Positions 40,535 through 52,694 of a stretch of DNA of 64,000 nt are shown here, one piece after another. Numbering within the stretch: position 1 is the stretch's first letter; every line of letters begins with the position of its first letter. The notes beneath the pieces were generated by a model. It searched no databases. It had not been told where the DNA came from and saw nothing but the letters and a program-made list of their open reading frames with translations. Source of the DNA: Octopus vulgaris (lineage: Eukaryota); assembly GCA_951406725.2 (NCBI GenBank), contig OX597835.1, forward strand, positions 10,912,001-10,976,000, given 5' to 3'. The translations under genes were made by a program, and so were the position numbers.

Positions 40535-41210
40535 TATACATATGCATAATTATGTGCATACATATATATATTTACATATACATATGCATATATATATATA
40601 TTCACATATGCACATATATATATATATACATCATTACATATGCACATATATATATGTATATAGACATATGTATATACATATACACATATATACATATACA
40701 CATATATATATACACATATATATATACACACACATATATATATACATATATATATATATACACTTATATATATATACACATATATATATACATATATATA
40801 TATATACACATATATATACACATATATATATATACACACATATATATATACATATATATATATATACATATATATATACATATATATATACATATATATA
40901 TATACATATATATATACATATATATATTTATATACATATATATATATACATATATATATATACATATATACATATATACATATATACATATATATATATA
41001 TATACATATATACATATATACATATATATATATATAAATATGCATATATATATATTTACATATGCATATATATATATTTACATATGCAGATATATATAAA
41101 TTTATACATACTCACACACACACACATACATATATGTGTATACATATATATATATATGTATGTATGTGTGTGTGTATAAATTTATACACATATATATATG
41201 TAATATATGT
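40535..41210. repeat. Compound (TA)/(CA) low-complexity tract
   Basis: Direct reading. Confidence 0.95.
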
Positions 41211-41379
41211 TAATGAAAGAAGAGGTGTGAGAACAGTTTGTTAGTGAGAAATTTTTTTTTTTTTTGGTTAAAAAGAAACATTTTAATTCTTCCTAAGTTT
41301 TTTCCGAATTCAGCAGTAAACAACGAAACCCACATTTGTTTATTTATCTTCACTGATTCTTCTTCCATCTTCTTTGAAT

Positions 41380-41739
41380 TCACGCCAAGGCCCACAGATA
41401 GAGGAATAACAGAAAGAATGTAACCCAAGGGTGAACTAGAGCATTGATACTGGTTGTACTATTTCCCGGATTAGTTTTTATTGGTGATTGTTTTCTGAGC
41501 TCTTTAAAGCTGCGTAGGACAGTACGGTCATTTAGATCTTGAACTGGTCTGAAGTTGTTCACCATTTCGAATCTGTATTTCCGAAACAAATCATTAATGT
41601 CTGTTGTGTTACCCTCTCCTGCAAGAGTAGCACTTGGGGTTTCTGTAGTTGATTCGGTGCCGTTATTCTTTGCTCTGTTTAATCTTTCCTGTTCCTCTGC
41701 AGCATCGTAGACATAAAACAGGTCACGTATTTTCTGCAT
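41380..41739 (-). CDS. alpha-carbonic anhydrase terminal exon with GPI-anchor-like hydrophobic tail
   Basis: MQKIRDL...MVNNFRPVQDLNDRTVLRSF...VHPWVTFFLLFLYLWALA*, with the alpha-CA NxRPxQxLNxR motif. Acceptor ctctttaag. An AATAAA lies on the minus strand at 41339-41344. Confidence 0.93.
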   Translation of the reverse strand: MQKIRDLFYVYDAAEEQERLNRAKNNGTESTTETPSATLAGEGNTTDINDLFRKYRFEMVNNFRPVQDLNDRTVLRSFKELRKQSPIKTNPGNSTTSINALVHPWVTFFLLFLYLWALA

Positions 41740-41846
41740 CTTAAAGAGAAACGAAAATTAAAATAAGCAAAATTTTTGCAAAGGAAGTAAAAGGTTTTCC
41801 ACTTATTTTTTCATATTTCGGTCAGGTATATACATCCAATCAATAT

Positions 41847-42530
41847 ACTCTTTACTCTTTACTCTTTTACTTGTTTCAGTCATTTGACTGCGGCCATGCC
41901 GGAGCACCGCTTTTAGTCGAGCAAATTGACCCCGGGACTTATACTTTGTAAGCCCAGTACTTATTCTATCGGTCTCTTTTGCTGAACCGCTAAGTGATGG
42001 GGACGTAAATACACCAGTATCGGTTGTCAAGCTAGCATGGAAAACGGACACTAAATGATGATGATGATGATGATGATATGTATATGTATATATGTGTGTG
42101 TGTGTCTGTGTTTGTTCTATGACAACCGATGCTGTTGTGTTTATGTCCCCGTGTTCGGCAAAAGAGACCGATAGAATAAGTACTAGGCTTACAAAGAATA
42201 AGTCCTGGGGGTCGATTTGCTCGACTAAAGGCAGTGCTCCAGCATGGCCGCAGTCAAATGACTGAAACAAGTAAAAAGTAAAAGAGTATATGTATATATG
42301 TGTGTGTGTGTGTGTGTGTGTCTGTGTTTGTTCCCCCAACATCCCTTGACAACCAATGCTGTTGTGTTTATGTCCCCGTAACTTAGCGGTTTGGCAAAAG
42401 AGACCGATTGAATAAGTACTAGGCTTACAAAAGAATAAGTCCTGGGGGTCGGTCGATTTGCTCGACTAAAGGCGGTGCTCCAGCATGGCCGCAGTCAAAT
42501 GACTGAAACAAGTGAAAGTGTAAAGTGTAA
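41847..42530. mobile_element. Three family B SINE 3' halves (one minus, two plus) in the last CA intron
   Basis: 41847-42030 (-), ~42121-42288 (+), ~42310-42530 (+). Confidence 0.85.
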
Positions 42531-42605
42531 TAGCGTACGTGTCGGAATCATCCATTTTCAATTCTTAATGTTTAAAAGTAAGAATAAGAATTGAATAAAA
42601 CTTAC

Positions 42606-42766
42606 TTGTTTCTTGGATATAAAGTTGTATTCCTCAAATATTGTCCAAATTACTGATTCGTAGCATGCAGGGGTCGTCAAGGAACCATTGTATCGATAAT
42701 ATCTTGAAATGTCTTTTGGTAGAAACATCCTTAGCGATTTCGCCTCCAGATTTACTTTTGGATGTC
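42606..42766 (-). CDS. alpha-carbonic anhydrase exon with the GSLTTP motif (Thr199)
   Basis: (G)HPKVNLEAKSLRMFLPKDISRYYRYNGSLTTPACYESVIWTIFEEYNFISKKQ. Acceptor accacag, donor GTAAG, 161 nt, phase 1/0. Confidence 0.97.
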
Positions 42767-42938
42767 CTGTGGTTAAATAACAAATTATGTACATTCTCTT
42801 TGGATAAGGGATCCATTTTACATAAACACACACACACACACATAGAGATGTAGATTCTTTCAAATAGACGCACAGATACATACTCACTTACACCTAGGCA
42901 ATGATATTTGCTGTAAGAGAAAAAAAGGATTTGTTTAA

Positions 42939-43149
42939 CCCTTTAGTGTTCGCATTATTCTGCCCAAACTAATCCTTTTTTATCCACATTGCCTTGAACT
43001 AATCAGGCATTATCTTGTAGCTTTGAGATTTTGATGAGGTAGCTGTTAATTTTTAAAACGACATTGTAGGGCTGGTGTGAGAGACCAGATCTTGCCAGTT
43101 TGAACATAAAACAGGCAGAATACTTTTGGCCGGTTTAAATGCTAAAGGG
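42939..43149 (+). mobile_element. piggyBac-type MITE, intronic
   Basis: Same family as 18584; TTAA at 42935-42938 and 43150-43153. Confidence 0.85.
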
Positions 43150-43170
43150 TTAAACACTTCATCCACTCAC

Positions 43171-43237
43171 CAGGTTGCTGCATGGCTTTAAGGTTGTCAA
43201 CAATCAGGTCCAGCGCAGGATTATCAATATCTGACTC
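43171..43237 (-). CDS. alpha-carbonic anhydrase short exon
   Basis: ESDIDNPALDLIVDNLKAMQQP(G), the typical 'NPAL..I...L' helix. Acceptor ttttttttag, donor GTGAGT, 67 nt, phase 0/1. Confidence 0.92.
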
Positions 43238-43288
43238 CTAAAAAAAACAAAATGGAAAAATAAAGAATTGAATCCAAAGGTGGTGGTA

Positions 43289-43328
<40 letters not shown>

Positions 43329-44068
43329 TTCTTCTTCTTCTTCTTCTTCTTCTTCTTCTTCTTCTTCTTCTTCTTCTTCTTCTTCTTTACTTCTCTACGT
43401 TTCCATGCTTGCATGGGTTGGATGGAATTTGCTCAAAGTGAATTCGCAGTGACCAGGTGCTCTTCCTGTCACCAACCCGCCACCTGTTTCCATGTTGAGT
43501 GACAACTTCCCGTGACCAGACATGTTTTCATAGATTATTGGAAAGAAAGGACACCACTTGTATGTTGGTGACACTTGCTTACAACTACTGCACGGTGCCA
43601 AGGCGAGAAAACAATAACACAAACACACAAAGTCTGGTATTAATGTACATATGGCCACGATGCTTAACCATTTATTTAGATCTGTTACATTCCATAGTTT
43701 GCCCTAAGTTTCCTCTCCATAATCTCTGAAGAGATTAATTAATCCTTTAATTCTTTAGTGTTCAGATTATTTTGTCAAATTTAATGTTCATTTATTCATA
43801 TTGTCTTTAATTAGTCATGCAATTATCCCATAGCTTTAAGATTTTGATGATGTGATTGATTATATTTAGAATGACATTGATGGGTATGTGTGAGAGGCTG
43901 GACCTGACCAGTTTCAGGAATGAATTTGAACCAGTGTGTGTGTGTGTGTGTGAATTATACTGGCATAATGACCCTCCCTAGACATATGGAATATTTTGGC
44001 TGGAATCCGCCAGTTTAGAAGCGAAAGATTTAGATGAGCCCCATTATTTGCTTGGTACATAAATTCTA

Positions 44069-44486
44069 GTAAGGTGGTGAGCTGGAAGAAACGTTAGCAC
44101 GCCGGGCGAAATGCTTAGCGGTATTTCGTCTGCGTTACGTTGTGAGTTCAAATTCCGCCGAGGTCGACTTTGCCTTTCATTCTTTCGGGGTCGATAAATT
44201 AAGTACCAGTTACGCACTGGAGTCGATGTAATCGACTTAATACCTATGTCTGTCCTTGTTTGTCCCCTCTATGTTTAGCCCCTTGTGGGTAATAAAGAAA
44301 TAGGTATTTCATCTGCCGTTACGTTGTGAGTTCAAATTCTGCCGAGGTCGACTTTGCCTTTCATCCTTTCGGGGTCGATAAATTAAGTACCAGTTACGCA
44401 CTGGGGTCGATGTAATCGACTTAATACCTATGTCTGTCCTTGTTTGTCCCCTCTGTGTTTAGCCCCCTGTGGGCAATAAAGAAATA
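44069..44486 (+). mobile_element. Family A SINE with duplicated body
   Basis: One head plus two bodies within a 15-bp TSD, GGTACATAAATTCTA (44054-44068 and 44487-44501). Confidence 0.9.
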
Positions 44487-45662
44487 GGTACATAAATTCT
44501 ATCAAACCAAGGAGCAGGAAAGTGAAAGATGACCTCACTGTAATTTGAACCCAGGAATTAAAGCACTCCAAGTGAACAACATAAGTCATTTTATTCACTT
44601 CTCTATCAATTCTGTTGATGAGTTCTTAATTTAACAGAAAACCACAGATTTTGGGGGAGGGATGTTTTCGGTCTAACCTTTGTTAATGACCCCAGAGGAG
44701 AGAGAGAGATGAAAGACTCTGTTGATCTTCAAAATCTTCCAAGACATATTTACAGTTTGCAAAACTTTTTCTTACTTTTACTTATTATATATTTATTGAT
44801 AACTTTTATTTAAGGTCATTTTTTTTGTATTATTTTTTTTTTTATTATATCAAAGATGTTTTTTGTTTTTTTATATGATCTTAAAATTTTTAAATTACAA
44901 AAGACATGAGAGAGAAAAAGAAAAAAAAAATGTTTTGATATTTTCAACATGACCGACCACACATTTTTATACCACCAACAACCACCGCCACCTCCCACCG
45001 CTGTCATCACTTCTGCTCCCTCCCCCCTTTCTCTCTTTCTTTCTATCTCTCTCTCTCTCTCTCTCTCCATTTCCATGATTTTAATGTTATTTCTACTAAC
45101 GTCACCATTTACTTGCATTGCCGCTACCACCACCATCATCATCATCATCATCACAACCACCACCACCAACAACATCATCATCTACACTATCATCATTACC
45201 ACTACCACCATTGAAATCAATCATCATCATCATCACCGTCATCATCATCATCGTTCTCATCATCATCGTTATTGTCATCATCATCCTCCTCCTCCTCATC
45301 ATCATCATCATCATCATCGTTATTATCATCATCATCATCATTGTCTTCATCATCATCATTATCGTTATCATTGTCATCATCATCATCGTTATTGTCATCG
45401 TTGTCATCGTCATCATCGTCATTCATTGTCATCACTAGAAAAAAGTTACTTTATTGCATTTTTCTCTTTCACTTCTGTAACTTTGCGAAAGAGAAAGAAA
45501 ACTTTTTTCTTTCGTGGAGGTTGAGGTGGAATAAGGCGAAGAAGAAGAGGAGGAAGAAGGTGCTTGGACTAAGTGGGGGATGAAATGTGGAGGAAGGGGA
45601 GAGGAGGAGGAGTAAAAAGTTGGGAAAAAAAAAGGAAACAAAGGCAACCAAAATAACAACAG

Positions 45663-45694
<32 letters not shown>

Positions 45695-46556
45695 AGCAAA
45701 CAAAGGTTTGAAAAGGAAGAAAACATAGTCAAGGAGATGAAGTAAAGTTAAGAAACAACAACAACAACAACAACGATAACAACAACAACAACAACAAAAT
45801 GTTAAAAGAGAAACTAAAACTAAAAGTTCTTTCCATCAGAAAGAAGGGAAAAAAAAATGCAAGAAATTTCATTTAAGATGTGTTGCATGTCAACGATCTC
45901 GTTAGGTCAATTAAATTTCTTTGGGGGTTTTATAAGTCGTTCTTTTCAGCTGCAGTTCATTAGTGACTGCTATTGAATTTAACGAGAGCCTCACTTTCTA
46001 TTTATTCTTAGTTTCAGCATCACTGTCATCATCATCGTCATCGTCATCATCACCACCATCACCATCACCATCACCATCATCATCATCGGTATGTCTTACA
46101 TATAAGGTGCAGGCATGGTTGTACGGTTTAAGAAGTTTGGCTCCCACCCAAGCAGTTTTGGCTTCGATCTCTCTGCACAGCAGTTCTATAGAGCTGACCA
46201 AAGCCTTGTGAATAGATTTGCTTGATAGAAACTGGAAGAAGCCTGCCACACACACACATATATACATACACATGTGCTTATGTTGAGAAATGAAAATGAC
46301 CGTTCAGCACTGCATTCATGGATAGCTTTTCATTGTTTGTGGGTTATTAAGGCTACCATTGGTTTCATGTAAAGTGAGATTGTTACAATTGTTCAAGTGT
46401 ATCACATGGGAACTTTGGCATTCATCTCCATTTTGGATGAGAATATACATATGTAGATATATGTGTCTGTGCTTGTGTGTGTATGCATGTATGTATGTGT
46501 ATATGTATGTATGTATGTGTGTGTGTATGTATGTATGTATATATATATATGTATAT

Positions 46557-46587
<31 letters not shown>

Positions 46588-47265
46588 AGAGATAGGTATT
46601 CTCTGTATAGAATACACTTTATACTTCTTAAGAGATTTAAACTTGAGCAGATAGAGGAGTAAATCTAAGGACAAACACGTTTTGTATCCCAACTTCCCTA
46701 ACTTACTTCTCCTTACATTTACTCCTATCATCATAATTGTTGTTTAATGTCTGCTTTCCATGCTGGCATGGGTTGGACGCTTTGACTGAGGATTGGTGTG
46801 CCAAAAGGCTGCACTAGGCTCCAATCTGATCTGGCAAAGTTTCTACGACTGGATGCCCTTCCTAACACCAACCACTCCAAGAGTATAGTGGGTGCTTTTA
46901 TGTGCCACCGGCACAAGGGCTGGTCAGTCGGTCCTGGCAACGACCACGCTTAAAAGGCATTTTTTATGTGCTACCTGCACAGGAGCCAGTCCAGCAGCAC
47001 TGGCAATGACCAAGCTTGAATGTTAATTCTTCATATTTGGCTGCTAGTTTAAAGGCATACATTTGTGAAGATATGAAAGTAATACTTGTATATGATGTGT
47101 TGTGAATTTATGGAAAGAAGTCCCATAAAACCTACAGCAACAGAAAATGAAATCACTTCCAATTACCTATCTGTCTGTCTACCTGGCTTTCTATCTCTAT
47201 TCGAAGAGATGAAGGGGTAAACTGAAAAACAAGAACAGGTGTGGGAGAAATAAAATCTTCGTTAC

Positions 47266-47361
47266 CTTGAATAGGACTCCGAGTACAGCCAAACCCATGG
47301 GTTGTGAGGCGGCTTTCTGAACGGTGTCATATTTTTTCACATCATACGAAACAATGTGCAG
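47266..47361 (-). CDS. alpha-carbonic anhydrase exon with Zn ligand His119
   Basis: LHIVSYDVKKYDTVQKAASQPMGLAVLGVLFK, with E-LHIV and GLAVLG motifs. Acceptor ttttccag, donor GTAAC, 96 nt, phase 0/0. Confidence 0.96.
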
Positions 47362-47527
47362 CTGGAAAATTAAATAAATGAAATTAATGAGTAGTTGATT
47401 AGTAGAGTCAGAACAAAAGCTTGTCTTATATGTGTGTGTTTGTGTGTTTGTGTCCTTTTTAATGATGGAGTGCCAGTCGAGTGTGTCGTCCTTCTCTGGT
47501 TGTGATCCAGCATATCTGTGTGTGTAG

Positions 47528-47762
47528 AGAGGCAGCGAGCTGGCAGAAATGTTCTCATGCCGGGTGAAATGCTTAGCGGTATTTCATCTGCCGCTACGTT
47601 CGGAGTTCGAATTCCGCCAAGGTCGACTTTGCCTTTCATCTTTCCGGGGTTGATTAAATAAGTACCAGTTACGCACTGGGGTCGATATAATCGATTTAAT
47701 TCGTTTGTCTGTCCTTGTTCGTCCCCTCTGTGTTTAGCCCCTTGTGGGTAGTAAAGAAATAG
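47528..47762 (+). mobile_element. Family A SINE, full length, intronic
   Basis: 16-bp TSD ATATCTGTGTGTGTAG (47512-47527 and 47763-47778). Confidence 0.9.
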
Positions 47763-47972
47763 ATATCTGTGTGTGTAGCAACAACACTGTCCCAAATGTG
47801 GTGGGCACACTGCTGTTGTACCTACAGCTACAGAAAGTGAAATCACCTCCAATTACCTGTCTGTCTGTCTACCTGGCTTTCTATCTGTCAAATGACACAC
47901 GGACAAGCAGAATTATTATAAGTTGATGATGGTAATGGAACGGATTTGGTCTTTAATATATATTTTACTAAC

Positions 47973-48118
47973 CTCCATTGTAAACGATTGCGAATTAATG
48001 TAGTGTTCAGTTCCGTTGTTGTTTTTGACACCCCAGTGCAGATGCAAATGGTCGATCTTGTAAGGATTTGCTAAACCACCATTGGCTATGTAGAATTTAC
48101 CAATAGTTTTGATTTTCA
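47973..48118 (-). CDS. alpha-carbonic anhydrase exon with Zn ligands His94/His96 and Glu106
   Basis: (V)KIKTIGKFYIANGGLANPYKIDHLHLHWGVKNNNGTEHYINSQSFTME, with HxHWG and GTEH motifs. Acceptor ttcttgcag, donor GTTAGT, 146 nt, in frame with the previous exon. Confidence 0.96.
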
Positions 48119-48192
48119 CTGCAAGAACAAATAAATAAAATAATAAATGATAAATATGGATAAACTACAGCAACAATAGTGACAGTGGGGTA

Positions 48193-48379
48193 CCTTATTG
48201 AGCCATTAAAAGGGCCTTATTGAGCTATTAAAGGGGCCTTATTTGGCCATTGAAGAGGCCTTATTGAGCCTTTAAAAGAGCCTTATTGAGTTACTAAAGG
48301 GCCTTATTTGGCCATTGAAGAGGCCTTATTGAGCCTTTAAAAGAGCCTTATTAAGTTACTTAAGGGCCTTATTGAGCCA
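48193..48379. repeat. Minisatellite, ~22 bp x ~8.5
   Basis: Variants of ccttattgagccattaaaaggg. Confidence 0.9.
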
Positions 48380-50362
48380 AGGAGGCAGAGCTACTGTATG
48401 GTCATTTATCATGTTAGAAATAGCAGCCAAATCTCTAATTTTTTTGTTACCAAATTTATGTTAAAATACACTGACTTTGTTGCAATTAATTTAGGAAAAT
48501 AATGAAAAATTTAGTAAATTAACTGTCAGTATTTGGAATTTAAATTAATGTGAAATTTTGATAAGGCTTGAATGTAGATAATTTTAAAACAGGGAATTTG
48601 CATTATATAACTTGGGATTATCTGGTGTGCGTTGTTTTGTTAGAAACCCATATCTATGTTAAAATGTACTGCCTTTGTTCCAATTTTGAAGATAATGAAG
48701 AATTCGGTAAAACAACTATTATGATTATTAAGCTAGTGTCTGAAATTTAAATTACATCGAATTTTGATGGAAGGGTTTTAATTTAGATAATTTTAAAATA
48801 GAGATTTTGTATCATAGAACCAAGGGAACAGTTTCAGGCAGGTTATGGTATAGAAAGGATTAAATCACACCCCTTTGTCATAAATAAAAGACAGATACAC
48901 CAGAAAAAGCTGTTGAATATTTTAATAAAAAGACAGGATGTTTAGAGCCAGAATTACGTCTGATCAAAGTGAGTCTGGGACTCAGCGACTCTGAAGACAA
49001 TAAGGGTCTATGGAAATGGCAATAGTTTCCACTTCCTAGGCACAATACAGTCTATGGAAATAATGGTGAAAAGTCTCTTTTAGAATAATTCTTTAGAATT
49101 TATTGAGACTTGAAGCAAAATGTCCAAACATCGAAATTCTTTAGTTGATTTTTAATATACTACACCCCCTCGACGTCCACCTCTGTGGTCTTTCTCTTTT
49201 CTTTGACCAATTCTAAAATACTCTTTATAATGTGTGTGTGTGTGTGTGTTTGTGTGTGCGATAGACAGAAAGAAAGACAGACTGATAGGTGAGTGTATAG
49301 TGTGTGTGTGTAAATATTTACCAGTATTTGTGTATGAGTGTATGAATGAGGATGTGTGTCTATGTATATACATATATGTGTGCGTGTATGTGAGTCTATA
49401 TATGTGCATATGTGTGTGTCTATATATATACATACATACACACACATATACATACAATGTGTGTGTATGTATATATATATATATATATATGTATGTGTTT
49501 ATATATATGTATATGTGTGTGTGTATATGTGTATGTGTGTTTGTATGAATATGTGTGTGTATATGTGTATGTGTGTTTGTATGTATATGTGTGTGTGTAT
49601 ATGTGTATGTTTGTATATATATATATGTGTGTGTATGTGTGTATATATATATGCACATACATACACACACACGTTTACATATATATATATGTGTGTGTAT
49701 AAATGCATGTGTGATTATGTGTATTTGACCCTGTGTTGTGTGTGTGTGTGTGTGTGTGCACGCATGTATTTGTGTGTGTATGCTCAACATAGTGTGTGTG
49801 TGTGTGTGTGTGTGTGTGTAGCCACCGATAAATCACCCCCCCCAACTCACCTATTCACACGGACTTTTTCTAAACGAGCGAATGAATATACAAATAAATA
49901 AATAAATAAATGAAATAAATATTGAAAAACTAGAAGGGTAGGTGGGAGGAGGAGGAGGAGGAGGAGGGCGACGACAGTGGCCGATTGTTGGAGCAACGAC
50001 AACAACAACAACAACAACAACAACATAGAATTCACACTTTACATTGAAAGGGTGAGAGATTTCTTTTCAATAGGTTTACCTAGCCTCTGCCCTCAGTTGT
50101 CTGCCCATCACATACACTCTTCAATTTTTCCATTCACCTCTCACCCTTTCTCCCTCTCTCCCTCCCACCTCACTCTCTCTCTCCTTCTTTCGCTCTCTCC
50201 TTTCTCTCCCTCCCTCCCTCTCTCCCTCTCCCTCTCTCTGTCTCTCATTCCGCTTTTATTTCTTCTTCCACACTATTTAGCTTTCTATGAAGACTGATTA
50301 TATTATATAAGTTATAGGTTGTTAATGGATCCGACTCATAACTTATTGATGGCCAACGCTGC

Positions 50363-50417
<55 letters not shown>

Positions 50418-50419
50418 GA

Positions 50420-50453
<34 letters not shown>

Positions 50454-50961
50454 GGTGGTGGTGGTGGTGGTGGTGGTGTTGTTGTTGTTGTTGTTGGTAT
50501 TGGTGGTGGTGGTGAGGGTGGTGTTGGCAGTGGTGTTTGGTCAGGCATTGTCTGTGTTTGCACTGGCGTTGGTGTTGGACCTGCCTAGTGATATTGGATT
50601 TTGTTTTAGTCAATGACGGTTACTGATGGAAATTCACTTTATGTCAGTCGTGAGGTCTGAAGTGATATACGCACGTGTGTGTGTGTGTGTCTAGGTCTAG
50701 GTGTAGGTGTAGGTGTGGCTGTGTGGGTTAAGAAGTTTTCTTTGAAATTACATGGTCTTAGGTTCAGGTCCCCTGAACAACACGTCAAGCAAGTGTCTTC
50801 TACTATAGCCCCGGTCAGACAAAACCCTTGTGAGTGGGTTTGGTAGAAGAAAGCTGAGAGAAGCCTGTCACGTGTGTGTACATGTGCATGTACTCTTGTC
50901 GTACTGGCAAAGTTGTTTGTCACCAGCTTTCTGTGGAATCATGTCTGTTGTGGGTAAAATA

Positions 50962-51527
50962 TGAGGGTGAGTCAAAAAGTAACGCCATTTTGTTTAGGAC
51001 CGGTATAATTACCAATACAGGAACATGTATCATACATCAAAATGAAGTTGGTCCTCTGTGGATCACATCCTTACTTCTCAACATAGTCACCGTTTCTCTC
51101 AATAGCAATGTTCCACCTTTGAATGAGAGCATGTATCCCTGCCCTGTAAAATTCTGTTGACTGTTCTTTGAGTCACTTCTTCACTACAGTTTTCCCTTCC
51201 TCGTCACTGGACTATCATCATCACTGGACTATCATTTCTTTGGCCCCATGTAAGAGGGTTTGAGAGGCAAACATTATTTCAGTGATGAGGAAGTGAAAAC
51301 TGTAGTGAAGAAGTGGCTAAAAAAACAGTCAACAGAGTTTTACGGGGCAGGGATACATGCTCTCATTCGAAGGTGGAACATTGCTGTTGAGAGAAATGGT
51401 GACTATGTTGAGAAGTAGGGATGTGATCCACAGAGGATCAGCTTCATTTTGATGTTTGATACATGTTCCTGTGTTGGTAATTATACCTGTCCTAAACAAA
51501 ATGGCATTACGTTTTGACTCACCCTCG
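50962..51527. mobile_element. Palindromic mariner derivative (two inverted 3' ends), intronic
   Basis: TA TSD; 248-bp inverted arms (50962-51209 and 51280-51527). 51227-51418 (+) translates to a mariner C-terminus, DYHFFGPM*EGLRGKHYFSDEEVK...IHALIRRWNIAVERNGDYVEK*. Confidence 0.9.
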
Positions 51528-52694
51528 TATTAACTTTCTTGGAAAGCAGTGAGGGTTGGTAGCAGAGAGTGGGTAATTGGGTTGTGAAAAAACCACCATA
51601 ACAAATAATTCCATGTGGCACATGTAAACATGTAAACATGGAAAAGTAAATACTAAAGGATGACAGTGATGAAGTTAAGGAATGATGTTGAGGAGACTGT
51701 GCACACACACACACTGATTTGACTGTGGTCATGCTGTATCACCATCCTGAAGGGTTTTAGTTGGACAAATCGACCCCAAGACATATTTTTTTATGGCCTA
51801 GTACTTATCTTATTGGCCTCTTTCGCTGAACCACTAAGCTACAGGGGTGTAAACACAGCAACATGGGTTGTCAAGCAGTTGTGGGGGGACACACACAAAC
51901 ACAAAAACACACACACATAGATATATACAAATATACACACAACAAGCGTCTTTCAGTTTCGGTCTACCAGGTCCACTCACAAGACTTTGGTCATCCCAAG
52001 GCTTCAGTAGAAGACACTTGCCCAAGATGCCAGGCAATGGGACTGAACTTGGAACCATGGGGTTGGGAAGCAAGCTTCTTATCTCATGGCCACACCTCTT
52101 CTTTTTAAATGTGTAATTTAAAGGAGATTTCAACTGCTATTTCTAATATGTCTTGCTGCCACATACACAGCTTGCTCCTCATTGGTTCATGCAGATATAA
52201 TGAGAAAGTTGGGTATTGGTGATCTTTTGATCTTTGAACATAAAATGGCAGACGAACAGAAAGCAAGTTCAGTGAACGAAAGTGAATGATAACAAAATAA
52301 TCGTTAATAATCAGCCAGAATTGGTAATAAATATTGAAACTGAGGGGTACGAGATGTGAAAATAAGATAATTCTAAAATCTGATTTTGCATAAAATGGAT
52401 TTTATTTAAATAAATTTTTTTGCAAAAATTTATAAGCTGAAATAAATATAATTATATAGTGTCAAAATATCTAAAGTGATTGATGAATGAATGATGTGCA
52501 TTTATGTGAATGATGCCAGGTAAACTCTTGTAAATAAGATCTGAAGAAATTCTTTGAAGTGCAGCGCATGGCACAATATTTCTTTTTTCTCATTTGATGT
52601 CATATCCTTTCTGTTGTGGATCTAAACTGGCAAGTGAGCCAAGAGTTCAGGTTTCAAATTTCTGCTGGACATTCTGTCATATTCTTTTATTCTT

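Noticed and set aside
42892-42910. A-to-I editing (UAG to UGG) rescuing the micro-exon
   Set aside because: The available donors give 17, 19 or 23 nt, none a multiple of three, so a frameshift remains.
50319-50616. Poly-A/D/G/V or poly-Q/H low-complexity protein
   Set aside because: A chain of adjacent trinucleotide microsatellites in an intron, with no splice signals.
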